Shown piece by piece: positions 12,250-26,729 of a stretch of DNA of 64,000 nt. Every line of letters starts with the position of its first letter. The stretch's first letter is position 1. The stretch is taken from the NCBI GenBank assembly GCA_907165135.1, contig OU015569.1:10912001-10976000 (forward strand). The letters run 5' to 3'. The notes beneath the pieces were generated by a model, which saw only the letters and a program-made list of their open reading frames with translations, was not told where the DNA came from and did not search any database. The position numbers and the translations under genes were made by a program. Source of the DNA: Oikopleura dioica. Its lineage: Eukaryota > Animalia > Chordata.

Positions 12250-13673
12250 AAAGACAAGCCAAATTGAAGGAGATCGCAGAAGAGCGAATTCGATGTGAAC
12301 TGGCCTGTCAAACCGAAGTCAAACTCCAAGAAAAGAGCGAAGAGAATTTCAAGAGCGAGAACTCAAACTGCATACTTTCTTTTTTCCTCTGAGAATATAT
12401 TTTCCATTTTACTTTTCCATGATTTCGACTGACTTCGTATTTTAAAAAAGTGAAAAATCGACTCTTTTGTTTGGTCTCATTCTGGGATGGATTTCCCATC
12501 GTAGGTGGCACTTACTAAGTGCGCTTTTTTATTTGACCTTTGCGATAGAAAACTTCCTTCTGTGATTTTGCGCATTTTGAGAGATTTTCCCATTTCGCCG
12601 CGATCTTCTAGAACATCCCTTATTGACTGGGCAAAATTTTCACTTTTCAGTCACAAATCTAAAGAGCTCCAGCTAACACAAGGTCGGTAAGATGCGTTTT
12701 TCGCTCGTCAATGTCTATGTAGTCGATTTTAACGTAAAAAAGTGGAAGAGTGATGTCTTCATCGAGCATTTTAGCGTCATAGAGAACGATTTTTGATGTT
12801 AAAATCTATTTTTTATGAACAGAAATTTCGGATTACCATTTTCATTTCGTTTTTAATGGTATTGTTTTATACTCGAATATTAAATAAATAAGAAATCGAT
12901 AAAAATATTCTAATTGAAAAAATACTGGAGAAAACTGAAAAACATGGTTTTTGTTTTAGTTTGAAAGTTTGAACCGGTTAATATTCAGATAGGCTCAATA
13001 AAACGTCATATAATCTGAAATTAGTGAAACGATGGTTTATTTTCTGGCACATTCGATTCTCGAGAGATCGAGTGGGGTAAATCTGACTGTAAGAATCAGG
13101 CGAATTTTCGCGCTAAATGCGGCCGGCGCGAAATGCGCGTCCACTGAGATTCTAGAACAGGAATCCGCCCACGCAATATTTTCCCATTCGATAGCCCATC
13201 ACAGCACTAGAGCACATCGCCGCCCTCCCAATCCCTCAGACACTTTTTTCAATTCGCGAGATTTCAGAAAGAGAGAAAGTTAACGAAAAAGTTAGCATAG
13301 TAGCGACCTTCGATTTCTATCGTGTTTTCGTCGGATCGAACCATTTTTTCGCGTCGAGCGCAAACTGCCTCGCCGAACCGCCCACGCTCATTGGTCGAGC
13401 TCGGGTTTCTGTGCTGCCTCCCCGCTAATAACCAATTCAAACAGCGTATTCTTTCTATTTTCCTGGAGTAAAATTCTAGAGCTCGAATCGTGGAAATTCC
13501 TAAAATGGTTCGGGATGTCACTTTTTATTAATTTTTTTTTCTTCGGTCATTTTTACCCAAAAATTCTTGTCCAATAATTAATAAGAGACGGCGCCTCTTA
13601 GAGATTCCTCGAAAAAAAATCCTGTGCTATGAAAATTTCCAACCTTCAGAAAATTAAAAGGTGATTTTTATAG

Positions 13674-15430
<1,757 letters not shown>

Positions 15431-15831
15431 GTCTGACCTACTGCGTTGTTAACACTTCAGTACCCTTTTAACAGACTGTTTGTTCAGACCCTCATTATTT
15501 ATTTGTAACCCCGCAACGTTCCCCATGTTTCTTTAGCTTACCTTTTCTAACTGTAAGCCAAATGTGACGACTCATAAAAAGTAATCCATCGGTCGAGTAA
15601 GAGCGAGATCACACACCTCTAGGATGATTTTTATTTATTAAATGTGCGGCAACGCGCTTAATGTGATTGTTGCCGCGCATCTGTGTTCCAAATTCGTTCA
15701 AAAAACGCTTTTCGGAAAGGGTTTTCTGACTTCATTACCAAAAATAAACGAAAAACCTTCATAAAAACCTTCAAATCAACGTCTCTTTCTTTGCAAGTTG
15801 CATTACCGAATTATGAATCAAGAATGAGCAA

Positions 15832-16573
15832 ATGAAGGGTGGAGGCATCCGGGTTGACGAAAGTGTTTATCTGAGTGTAAGGAACTGTGAAAAGCAAGTA
15901 GGGTCACTGTAGTCAATCATCGGTAACTTAAAATCTAGTGCGGGGTGCCAGATCTGCCAGAAAGGGTCACAGAGTTGCGCCGTGGACAAAATATATTTCG
16001 AAGGCACTGTTCTAGCAGAAAATCACTTCTACGAGCACTTTGGTCGCAAGGAAGACCTTGTTCTAACGCTTCATGCGATTGAAGTCCTTTACCTCACTCT
16101 TGTGAAAGATTGCCTCATCTTCTTTGATTCCAAACAGATATGCGTTCAAGCATATTTTGACCTTTTCTACAAGGAATTCGGCAATGAAGGATTGGAGCAT
16201 TTCTTGGTTTATTTTCATTTTATGCGGAGAGGATGGAACGTTACGATCGACAGGATCGGTTCAATTTCCAGATTCATTAGATAATTTCTTTTTTATTAAT
16301 CAACCGATTTCGAGTTCCTTCGGAGTAGACTTCCAACTCTATCCCGGAAGTCCAGAAAACTATCACTCCCTCTTTGGAGTTAAAATCTTCCGAGAGGGTG
16401 AAGACACTTGGCTGGACTTAATATCATCAGCTCGTGTCGCCGAATCCAACAAGAAAAATCTTATCTACGCAAAGGTTGAATATGACAAGCGACATGGGCA
16501 AATTTCATGTCTCAGCAAGTTGTTACAAAGTCTGGTTGTGAGAGAATGTGTTGTCGATCGTGTTCAGTTGTGA
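15832..16573 (+). CDS. TSEN2: tRNA splicing endonuclease catalytic subunit, Sen2-like (start uncertain; Sen34 not excluded)
   Basis: LTLHAIEVLYL, VYFHFMRRGW, FGVDFQLYPGSPENYHS (catalytic Tyr/His) and ARVAESNKKNL (catalytic Lys). Requires the GA-AG intron 16254-16314. Confidence 0.8.
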
Positions 16574-16598
16574 TTAAATTTAGTTTAATCTGGAATTG

Positions 16599-19345
16599 AT
16601 GAGTGAGTTGTTTAGAATGGACTACTCGTCGGATTCTTCCTATGGCGTTGACGACTTCAAAGACTACATTCACACTCTCATGTCGAGAAAAGGGACGAAC
16701 GGGAATCTCAGGTCGAATTTGCGATCTCAAATCCTCAAAACTGCTCGTAGCGATGGCTACGTCGGCGCCGATCCCATCCAGTCTGGCTTCACGGTCAACG
16801 AGCGTGTGGCCATAGCTCTCATCGCCCAATTCATGAGAAACAAGGGGATGAACACAGCAGCGTCGGTTTTCCTGCCCGCTTGTGGGGCGAAACGTGAACG
16901 GGACATCCTCTCGCCCGTCGATTTGTCAGAACTGTTGAATATGGAATCTAGCGACGAGTTTCTCATCGATCTCATTCGAGAAGCAAGAAAGGCCGAAGAG
17001 AGACCAGCAATGAAGTCGATCAGGACTCAAACTGATGGCACAACGGGACTGTCGATCGCAGATCGAATGGGGATGATCGACGAAGCTTTTTCGAAGCCCA
17101 GGAGCCCACAATTCGACAGCAACTACCTCGAAGAGATCAAGAGCGCAATACAGGAGCAAGTCGAAAGAGGATACAAAAAGCAGCACACGGACGAAATGGA
17201 CTATCACAGACAAATGATCCGGCAAGAAGAACGGCTAAAGTGCGAGCGAGAAATCGTCAGAATCAAAGATGAATGCGATCAGAAAATCTCACACATTAGA
17301 AAAGAAACATTCGAAAAAGAAAAACGTCTTGTATCGGATATCCACTCGCGTAACGACGAGCTGGAAAGAGCAGGCTACGCGCAACGACAGCAAATGCTCT
17401 CTGAACTTCAACGAATTCAGGAAAAAGATGCAGAACTCTCAAGACGCGAGCGTGCGAGTCTCCAAAAAGCAGCTGAGGTTGACGCGAAAGAAGACTCAAT
17501 CAAACAAATCATCAAAATCCAAGTTGACAGTATCATATCGCGATATGAAGCGGAAAATGCAGCTGAAAAAGAGAAAACAATATTGGCGAGAACGAAAGCC
17601 GAGGGAATCCTAAGACAAGTGACAGATCAACAGACCTCTCTCAACGAAGGTACTTTTTGAGGAAAAATATCTGACTTCATAATTGACAATTTGTGTTCAG
17701 ACAAGGACACAATTTCGCGCCTGCGAGGAGAGAATACAAAGCTTGTAGCAGAGCTAAGTGCTGAACGCGCAGCCCATTCAAGGTAAGAGCGAAGTTACTT
17801 TTCTTTTGTAAATCTTTATCGTCAGTGTCCAGCGAGAATCTGGAGAGCTACAAGCTGCTAGATCACAAATAAATGAAATGCAAGAAGAGCTTGCAAAATT
17901 GAGAGCACAGGAGATCAATAGTGGAACATATCAAGCCATGGGTTGATCAAAGTTATAATTGCGTCCCTATAGTCTCAAGCATTTTTCAATCCTGAAATAG
18001 CTCAGGCTCGGGAAGTACCGTCGCTAAGGCAAACTATTCACACTCTTTCGGCAAAATGCTTGGATCGAGAAAAGGAACTAGCGCGATTGAAGTTCCAATT
18101 GGAAACAATTCAATCAACTGGGGTTCTTCCATCAAGCTCGCTACACGATGTCGATAGATCAAAGAGTGATGGAAAAGACGACTCATTGATATCGAAAGCT
18201 CGTTCGCGCTGGGCTGATCTTGAAGGGACCAAGAACGAGGCTCCATCTATCGCTGCAGAACGCCCGAAAGCATATCCGTAAGAAATGAATTTTAGTAACA
18301 CCCGTTAACGTATTTCACAAGACAAAGTAACGTGCAGTTTGCTGCTGAGGTGATCTCTCCGCGGCCGCAGCATGCTCCCATGAGTTCCACCCCTCTGCCA
18401 TCTACTCAACTGCCACTTGATGATGAAATCATTGCGATCATTGCTGAAAATAAAGGCTCCATCGAGGAGGAGGCTCCAGAGCCCCTACAGACACCCCGTG
18501 ACGGTCATTCTACTTCAGAACTAGAAGAGAAAATACCATCTGCTTCGGTCTCCCAAGTTTCGCTCCGCAGCGGGTCAAAAAGCTTCAAACCCAGCCGTGC
18601 TTCCAGTCCCCGATCTTCGCCTATCTTTTACGATCGACCGGTGGAGGAACGAATGGAAGAGCTTAAACTCTCTGAGCTTGGGGAAAATGAGAATCAAGAG
18701 GAAGAAATCAATAACGAAGATGAAGACGATTACCTTGACGAAGGTAATCTTCAGAAACTAGAAAGAATCCACCGCTCAAATATTATTTTTAGTTGGCGAT
18801 TTCGAGGATGTCCCAGCGCTTACTTCTCCAAAGTCGAAGTCAGATACTCTTGATCGAATTTTATGCGAGAGTTCGGAGGGTTTCCAAACGCTGCAGCATG
18901 TGGAGGCCTCTCCTGTGACTGTCAGACAAATGACTCCAGTGGAAGAAAAAGAGAGCTATAGCCACAGCCAGAGTTCTCAAATAAAACTGAGCACCCAAGA
19001 TTACACATTCAGGCATAGGTTTGAGCAGTTATAGTTGAATAAAGATCCGACCAACTGAAATGATAGTTTTTTTTTTCTTGACCTTTGGAAAGATCCTCTC
19101 AATCTGGCGCCGATACAGATACAACTCTGTCCGAGATAATCGGCGAAATGAGCAACAAGTCTGTCTCCTTGACATCGGAATACGACTCGTCTGAGAACGA
19201 CACTGGAATTCGTAATTACGCCGCTGACGATCGATGGAAACAAGACGAAGACAATCCTCACCCAACTGCCGGCGGAGAAGCTACTCCAACGCCACGGGAA
19301 AGTCAAAACGACTTTTTCGCCGATAACGCCGACGACAGTTGGTGA
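16599..19345 (+). CDS. OFD1: LisH plus coiled-coil centriolar protein, OFD1-like
   Basis: N-terminal LRSNLRSQIL and a LisH-like IALIAQFMRNKGMNTAASVFLPACG, followed by long coiled coils and an acidic low-complexity tail ending DDSW*. Confidence 0.65.
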
Positions 19346-19498
19346 AAAATTTCGAGCCCGCGTTTCATCAATTTGATTTCTTTTGTATTCTTCTCTTCAT
19401 TCCGTCTATTTTTACTTGAGTTTTTACTTATTGCCAGTTTTTTAGATAAAAGATTTCTTATTTTCTTATCCAAATTTTAACTTATAATTTTCAGAAAA

Positions 19499-21535
19499 AT
19501 GCCGCCGTTGGAGAAAGATAATGTACAGAAAACGCTTACAGTTCCGGAGATGATGGCGTTGACCACAGCCGAAATCGTAAAAGTAAGTGATAAAGACATT
19601 GAAACTGGTTTTAATTAGCCATTTAGGAACTGATATCAGCTCATAAGCAGCGAAAAGATGTCAACCTCAACAAGCTCAAGACTAAAATCGCTGCTCGATA
19701 CAAGCTTAAGTCCCAACCGCGTCTGGTAGACATCATTGCTGCCGTTCCAGACGAGTACCGCTCTGTTCTTGTGCCAAAGCTCAAAGCGAAACCAGTACGT
19801 ACCGCGTCGGGCATAGCCGTTGTCGCTGTCATGTGCAAGCCTCATCGCTGTCCGCATATCAACATGACTGGCAATATTTGCGTGTACTGTCCTGGCGGTC
19901 CAGATTCTGATTTCGAGTACTCGACGCAGTCCTACACTGGCTACGAGCCCACGTCCATGCGTGCTATTCGCGCGAGATACGATCCGTTCCTCCAGACAAG
20001 ACATCGGGTAGAGCAGCTCAAGTCTATTGGACACTCAACAGACAAAGTAGAATTCATCGTCATGGGCGGAACATTTATGGCTCTCCCAGCAGAATACAGG
20101 GTCGGGTACTTTAGAAGATAGCTCTTCGAAACTAAGGAGTCGAGTTCTGTAACCCTTGATAAAGAGACTTTTTCATCCGAAATTTGCACGATGCTCTTAG
20201 CGGCCATAGAAGTCACAGTGTAGATGAAGCTGTTAGATACTCAGAACGGAGTCGTAGTAAATGCGTTGGAATCACCATTGAAACTCGCCCTGATTATTGC
20301 CTCAAAAAACACTTGAGTGATATGTTGAGTTATGGATGTACGCGGTTAGAAATCGGGGTACAGGTACATTATAAAAATCTCTCTATTTTCGTTCTCTTAC
20401 CGTATGTTTAGTCTGTATATGAAGATGTAGCGCGAGATACAAACAGAGGACATACAGTAAGAGCTGTTTCAGAAAGTTTTCATATGAGGTAAGACAATTA
20501 GGAAGATTGTATTTTCAGTTTTCACATGCATTTAGTAAAGATGCAGGGTTTAAAATCGTTGCCCACATGATGCCCGACTTGCCAAACGTCGATCTGGAAA
20601 GAGATCTAGAGCAGTTTGTCGAGTTCTTTGAGAATCCTGCTTTTCGGCCTGATGGTTTGAAGATTTACCCCACACTGGTGATCCGGGGCACTGGCTTGTA
20701 CGAATTGTGGAGGACTGAAAGATACAAATCATATCCTCCTTCAGGTAGAGAAAAGCCTTTTCTTTACTCGTGTTTCATCGACAATACTCAGTGCTGATTG
20801 ATCTTGTGGCGAGAATACTGGCACTGGTCCCTCCCTGGACGCGGGTCTACAGAGTTCAGCGAGATATTCCGATGCCGCTGGTCACTTCCGGCGTTGAACA
20901 CGGAAATTTGAGAGAGCTCGCCTTGGCACGAATGAAAGAACTTGGAACGAGCTGCAGAGATGTCAGGTAATAACTATGATTTGAATTTGATTCGTAAATT
21001 TACGTTGAAGAACGCGAGAAATTGGAATCCAAGAAGTGCACAACAAAAACATCAAGCCAAATAATATTGAGTTAATTCGACGTGATTATGTTGCGAATGG
21101 TGGTTGGGAGACCTTTCTGGAATATGGCGACCCAGAACAAGATATTCTTATTGGTCTACTTCGGCTCCGCAAGTGTTCTCCTCAGAGGTAAATTCAAGGC
21201 TAGAATTGAGAAGATACATCTTTTCTAGCTTCCGGAAAGAGCTCAAAACAGAAACTTCAATCGTCAGGGAACTGCATGTTTATGGATCCGCAGTGCCCGT
21301 TGGTGGACGCCATCCGCAAAAATTCCAACATCACGTAAGAAGAACAATAATTTGAGTATAGTTTGATGAATTCTAGGGTTTTGGAATGTTGCTTATGGAG
21401 GAAGCAGAACGCATCGCTCGCGAAGAGCATGGTAGCGCGAAACTAGCAGTTATCAGTGGAGTTGGAACTAGAAACTATTATAGAAAGCTGGGCTATGAAT
21501 TGGACGGTCCTTATATGAGTAAAAGTCTGCTTTGA
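19499..21535 (+). CDS. ELP3: Elongator complex protein 3 (radical SAM plus acetyltransferase)
   Basis: [104 protein letters not shown]. Confidence 0.99.
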
Positions 21536-21613
21536 TGAACAAAAAAGTGTGATTTTGAAAATGAAAAAGGTGTTTATTTTCATCGCTTTTTCTGTTCAGA
21601 GTTACTTTTGAAA

Positions 21614-22722
21614 ATGTCGTTGAAAGGTCCGGGAATGAAGACGGTCAAATTCGACATTGATGACTTGTCCAACAAGGCGACCAAAAAACATATCCAGCGG
21701 ATCAACATAGCCTTCCTAACTTCTGATACGTTGTCAGAAGAAGCTCTGAAGGTACTTGTTCGTGATGCCGCATTATGAAACATTACTGATGCGAAAACAT
21801 TTGCTTCACCTATTCTTGTAGAAATGCAATACCTTCTCGCTTCAAAGGATGCTCAGAAGCCATCTCTCGGTGGGCGAAAATCACTACACGAAATGGGTTC
21901 CAGACGATAACGAACCCTACATGCAGATTTCGAAAGTAATCAACAGCTGTAATAATCTAATTGCTGACGGTAAAGCTGAGAAGCATTAACTTTCTTTCAT
22001 TAACTTTCTGTAGCTGGTTTGAGAATCGAAAAACTGAGACGAGAGACGGATGGAAGTTACTTCTACTGTATGTACTCGCAGACTACTGACTCGTTTCCTA
22101 ACGGAAAGAAGGATAGCTACTCGTATGACGACGATGACACTGAGGAATTCGCCGCTTACTTCAGAGGTATAGACCAAAAAAACTTAGGAAAAAGGTTTGA
22201 AAATGTTTTCAGGCGTTATCTTGGTTTTCATGATTGAGCACAATGGTCGACTAACTGAAGTGGAATTCGGCAAATTGCACAGGGTCCTGGAAGAGACTGG
22301 AAACAAGAAAGGAGGAAGCAAGATCATCAATCTACTGAGTAAATCCACTTGTAAAAAATCTTTCTTAATTTTAATCTCTTTAGATGACAAGTTCATTGAG
22401 AAAATAGTCGAGCACAACAAGGCGTACTTCGTCCTGAAGCCGCGAATGCAAATCGAGCTCTCCGACTCGATTCGCGATGTGCTCAAGAAAAACAAGCTGG
22501 CAAGTGCACTTTGGCCTATTAGTTTCTGTTTTTATTTGAACGGTTCAGAAACCAGAGTGCTTTCGATGCTCCGAACTGGTGCTCCGCTGCCGACACTGCC
22601 CAAGCTGCAATGCTCGCTTCCACCGATACTGCGTCGAGAAAAACTGCGCCAATCCAAGATGTGGAAAGCCCTTTCCCGAAGAAATCAATGTTAACAGTAG
22701 ACTACTATCATTCTACTGTTAA
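21614..22722 (+). CDS. NSMCE1: SMC5/6 complex subunit Nse1 (winged helix plus C-terminal RING-like domain)
   Basis: The spliced product has VINSCNNLIADAGLRIEKLRRETDGSYFYCM and LKPRMQIELSDSIRDV, and ends CFRCSELVLRCRHCPSCNARFHRYCVEKNCANPRCGKPF. Contains a GC-AG intron at 22500-22548. Confidence 0.8.
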
Positions 22723-23144
22723 CATTCCTCAAGAAAAGTTCATTTGTAGGCCTCAGTGAGCGTAAAAACAACTCTCGTTTGTAAATCCGATTTTCGAATA
22801 ATTATTGAAAAAACTTATCCCGTACCCATCTACTGACGGCTTGAAATGCAGTTACTGCCACATACGGAAAATGCACACCTATCACCTTCAAAATAAGTTG
22901 AAATATATAAATATATTAAAACTGGAATGATGACTTGATTTTTAGTGGATTTCTATCGAATTTCACCAAAAGCCGTCCATTTTATTTGCAGGCTTTATTA
23001 TCGGTTAACAGAAGCTTCCCTACAGTGAACTTTGTTGTCTATGTTGAAAGATCATGGATATCCTGGATAACGTTAAAATTGGTTATCAGCAGTAACTTAT
23101 GTCTAAAGGATTGAGTTTGAAAAAGTGACACTGATTCGACAGGG

Positions 23145-23360
23145 ATGTCAATAAGAATACTGTTTCTTGCGTTTGATGAAAAAGAAATTCCATCTGTTCT
23201 CTTCCTAATTGTTTAACGCAGCCTTTATTCCGCGTGTGCGACGATGTGGAAGACATCAGAAGGCATTATTAAAACACGAACTCGTGTGTCTGCCTGGCTA
23301 TCTGAAAGATGCATTCGTCGCGAAATTGAATACAACAAATATCAGTCGGCCTCTAGTTGA
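23145..23360 (+). CDS. Candidate 54-aa secreted peptide (2 exons)
   Basis: Removing the GT-AG intron 23171-23221 gives MSIRILFLALYSACAT-MWKTSEGIIKTRTRVSAWLSERCIRREIEYNKYQSASS*. No homology recognised. Confidence 0.25.
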
Positions 23361-23747
23361 CAGGAACGCCCATAACAATCAACTCTGGGTCAGCGACGAT
23401 GATATCGCTCAAGATGGCCAATTTCATTTTCCGCAGAAGGGGATCGTGTAGTTGTTGTTTATTGTGATTGATTGCGAGCGGATTCAATTACTGGAATGAT
23501 CAGAGGTGGTTCAATTAATTAAGCTCCGCCGCTGATGGCAGATGAGTGAAGCGGCGCGGGGTGACGAGTGTGAGCGCGCTCAAAAGCCACACTGCCACCA
23601 CCGGCCGCAGAAATGCAATCGACGACCACAACACACAATCAAAATCAGAGACGACGAGGAGACAAGAAGAGATATCAATAGGAAACATCCAGAAGCAAGT
23701 ATCAAAGAAGGAAGATGAGATGGGAGCGCCCAAGCGAGAACTCATAG

Positions 23748-24360
23748 CTGGGCTCGCCGACTAACGCCCGCTGAAAATAAGTTTTGCTCTTTCTTGTTTG
23801 CATAACTGGCAGGAGTGCTGTGGGTTCATCTCCGTGATTAATTTCCATTGCCGATTGAATTTTCTCGAGTTAATCTCGATCCACATGCTTCGAGTGAGAG
23901 AGAAACTGTAAAGCATTGTTAACAGGCGAAGAGAAAGTAATGTGCGTTAACAAAGCGCGAATGGCGATTTATTCGGATCACATGTTCCCAAGAGTTTTCG
24001 TATTATTGTCAGATGGGACTAAAACTCCGAATAGACGATACTTGCTTAATAAATATGTCGATTTTTTATTGCTTCTCAGATTAGTAACCAAGAACGCAAA
24101 CGCTCGAGAAAAGTCAAAAGAGGGTTTAGCGCGAAAATGAAACAGCTATCCGAGAAAGAAACGGGCTCTTCTTTCTTCAAAGCAGTTTAAAAGGGGATAA
24201 GACTTGTTTCAAGAGGAAAAGCTAGTTCTGAGCGAAACGAACGTCCCTTATTAAAATATAAACGCTGACAAGTAGTTTACTTGCGCGCTGAGTTGATGTC
24301 CAGCAATTCTAAATAGCTCCACATAAGCACTGATGGGTGGAGTTTAGTTGGCGAGCCCAG
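23748..24360. mobile_element. MITE family 1-related element, 613 bp
   Basis: Inverted termini CTGGGCTCGCCGACTAA / TTAGTTGGCGAGCCCAG (16/17 match) share the family-1 terminus; no TSD is retained. Confidence 0.6.
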
Positions 24361-24660
24361 TTGTTAGTATTCAGAGGTACAAACCAGGCTCCTTTTGAAA
24401 ATGGAGCTGCTACTTATTAACCATTTCCCGGAGTGCTCTTATTTCGGTTTCTTAGATGAATATGCAAACACCAAAGTGGAAATAGAGAACGACTACCAGC
24501 CGATTTGCCTCGATGAACACCTGATCCATGAAAACAGAAGATACTCCAAAGGGCCGAGTTAGTCGAGTTAGTTCTTCTCAAGGTTCACCAGCAACACAAT
24601 TCTCGTTGAATAATTGATGTTTAATCCTTCAACAATTTATTAAATAAGAATTATTGAAAG

Positions 24661-25380
24661 CTAAGTGCCCCTGCTCGTCATATTCGAATATCCAACATCT
24701 TTTGAATCTTTTAGCGACTTTTTGAATATTTTGAGCAGTTTTCCTTCGCCCTCCCGGACAAAACTGACAGCGCCCCTTGACACGTCGGGATCCAGTTCTC
24801 GTGCCCAAAGCGTGTCCAATCTTGCCCGAATGCTCGAGGGCAGATACTTCCACAACTTTTTACGAGATAATTGACTTGAATTTTTCACTTGAAGAAAGAG
24901 AGATACGGAAAAGAACACTTCCCGAGAGATAGAGCGAGAACACTCTTACATGGCCCAAACGTTTGTCACTTTGGAAATCCCAGAAGAAAGCGAAACCACT
25001 TCTTGCTTTTGTAACGGCTTTATAAGTTGACTTGAATTAGTAAAAGTAGCTCTGGGCAGTGAGCGTCCTTGATCCCTCTCATGAATTATTCCGAGCGCTT
25101 CATTTGAAAGTCTTGAAGGAATCTTGAAGAATTAAGTCTTTAGAAATATTTCCAGTGAATGTCCAGTCATGTTTATTTTTTTCTCACGTGGGGGATTTAA
25201 AGGGCGGCTGGAAGATTCTTCAAGCTGCTTGATAATAGAACTGAATCTTGTGCATTTTCTGCATTGCTTAAAAATGAAGTGCGTCTTCGCCAGAATTGGA
25301 AAATTAAAGCCCGTAAACTGCTGCAAGTCGCAGCGAACCAACTCGTCTAACTCGAACAAAGTTGGCCTTACTTCTTCCAT
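24661..25380 (-). CDS. Unknown protein, probable multi-exon (model unresolved)
   Basis: ORFs 25132-25380 and 24661-24918 have splice-like boundaries; no family recognised. Confidence 0.25.
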
Positions 25381-25559
25381 ACTGACAGGGGTGCTACATA
25401 ATCTGACACTTCCTTCTAATTAATTCACAATCGGCGACTTATGATCAACCTATCCAGCATATATAAATTGCTAACTACGTCCAAATATTATCAGAATAAA
25501 TAAGTCAGCGCTTTCTCGCGGTTTGTTGCAACTGGCGGCAAACTAGAATCAAAGATTCA

Positions 25560-25927
25560 GTAGATTCAGTTCAGTAAAGATTCAATCAACAAAACAAAGT
25601 CAGTTGCACCCCGGCGCTCCGATAGTAATTGGCTCTATCAGTTGCATCGCAGCTCTTCCTCTCGGCCTTTTCTGGCACATTCGCCAAGCGCTGCCCAGCA
25701 AAGATGATTCTGAGAAAACTCAGGTACAACTACTTGTGACTTTAATTATCGACCTGAAATAACATCAGTTGGTGGGAGACATTATCAACGCGTTTAGGAA
25801 CCACACGAAGTTGACTGGAGGACCCGGGCGTCGTATATTCTTGTGCTCAGGAAAGGCTATTCTGCTCGAGCAAAAATACGTTCGGGAGGAAGATTCGCCA
25901 GCCTTAGTGAAAGTTGCGAGATGGTAG
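25560..25927 (+). CDS. Unknown single-pass membrane protein fragment (5' end unresolved)
   Basis: GAPIVIGSISCIAALPLGLFWH (TM-like) joins in frame through a GT-AG intron to LVGDIINAF...VARW*. Confidence 0.3.
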
Positions 25928-26521
25928 CGCTCGTTGCTGTCTTCACCATAACCATGGCAAGAAAACTACTCAAGAAATAACCTCTTCCATACTGTCTTTT
26001 CCCTTCTGCTGCAAATAAATTTTTATGATTATGAGAAATTTTCGCTGTTTTGAAATTAGAAAAATAGAATGATAAAATTTTTATAAAAAGAAGCAGGAAA
26101 GAACATGTAAATGAGGTGTTTCAAGCAGATGCTCCGAATGTTAGTGTACGATGATTTTGTTTTTATTATTTCCAAATTGACTGAGAGACGGTTTTTCCAA
26201 CGCAAGAGTTTTGATCTTGAAAAAAATCTTTTCCCAAAATTATTTCTTTATTGAGTATTGTCATTTTCTTATAAAAAATTACAACATGGGGTCTTTTTTC
26301 AGCTCCGCGCTCGTCCGCTGATGGCGCGTGTGGATAAGCCGACATCACGACGCGGAAGCTTAAACCGAAGGTCCGATGTTCGAATCCTGAGAATCGCTTG
26401 GCGAAGATAAGCTCTCGTCCTGGGAAGCGATCAAGAGTCTTGAAAGAAAATCGACTTTGAGAAGAAGTGCAATCTAAGAAAAAAGAACACAAGAACACCA
26501 ACAACTTTTTTTACACCGCCG

Positions 26522-26584
26522 CTGTGCTCGGTAACCTGTATAGTAAATCTGAGTCAGGTTTTTAAAACGGATTTTCCAGCCCAG
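26522..26584. mobile_element. Collapsed remnant of MITE family 1
   Basis: CTGTGCTCGGTAACCTGTATAGTAAATCTGAGTCAGG followed directly by a degenerate right end ...CCAGCCCAG. Confidence 0.55.
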
Positions 26585-26729
26585 GGAGCTAAACATCAAA
26601 GAAAATAAATTTTTGTGATGCTCTTTATTGTAGCCGTAGTTTTAAAAAAATATTGAAATAAAAGTTCGTAGTGTTTATTTACTGTTTTGAACTGAAGATT
26701 GCACATTTGAAAAACGAGGAAGGCGGTTT

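Noticed and set aside
17910-18005. Possible GA-AG intron in OFD1
   Set aside because: An in-frame canonical GT-AG alternative exists and there is no conserved motif to discriminate between them.
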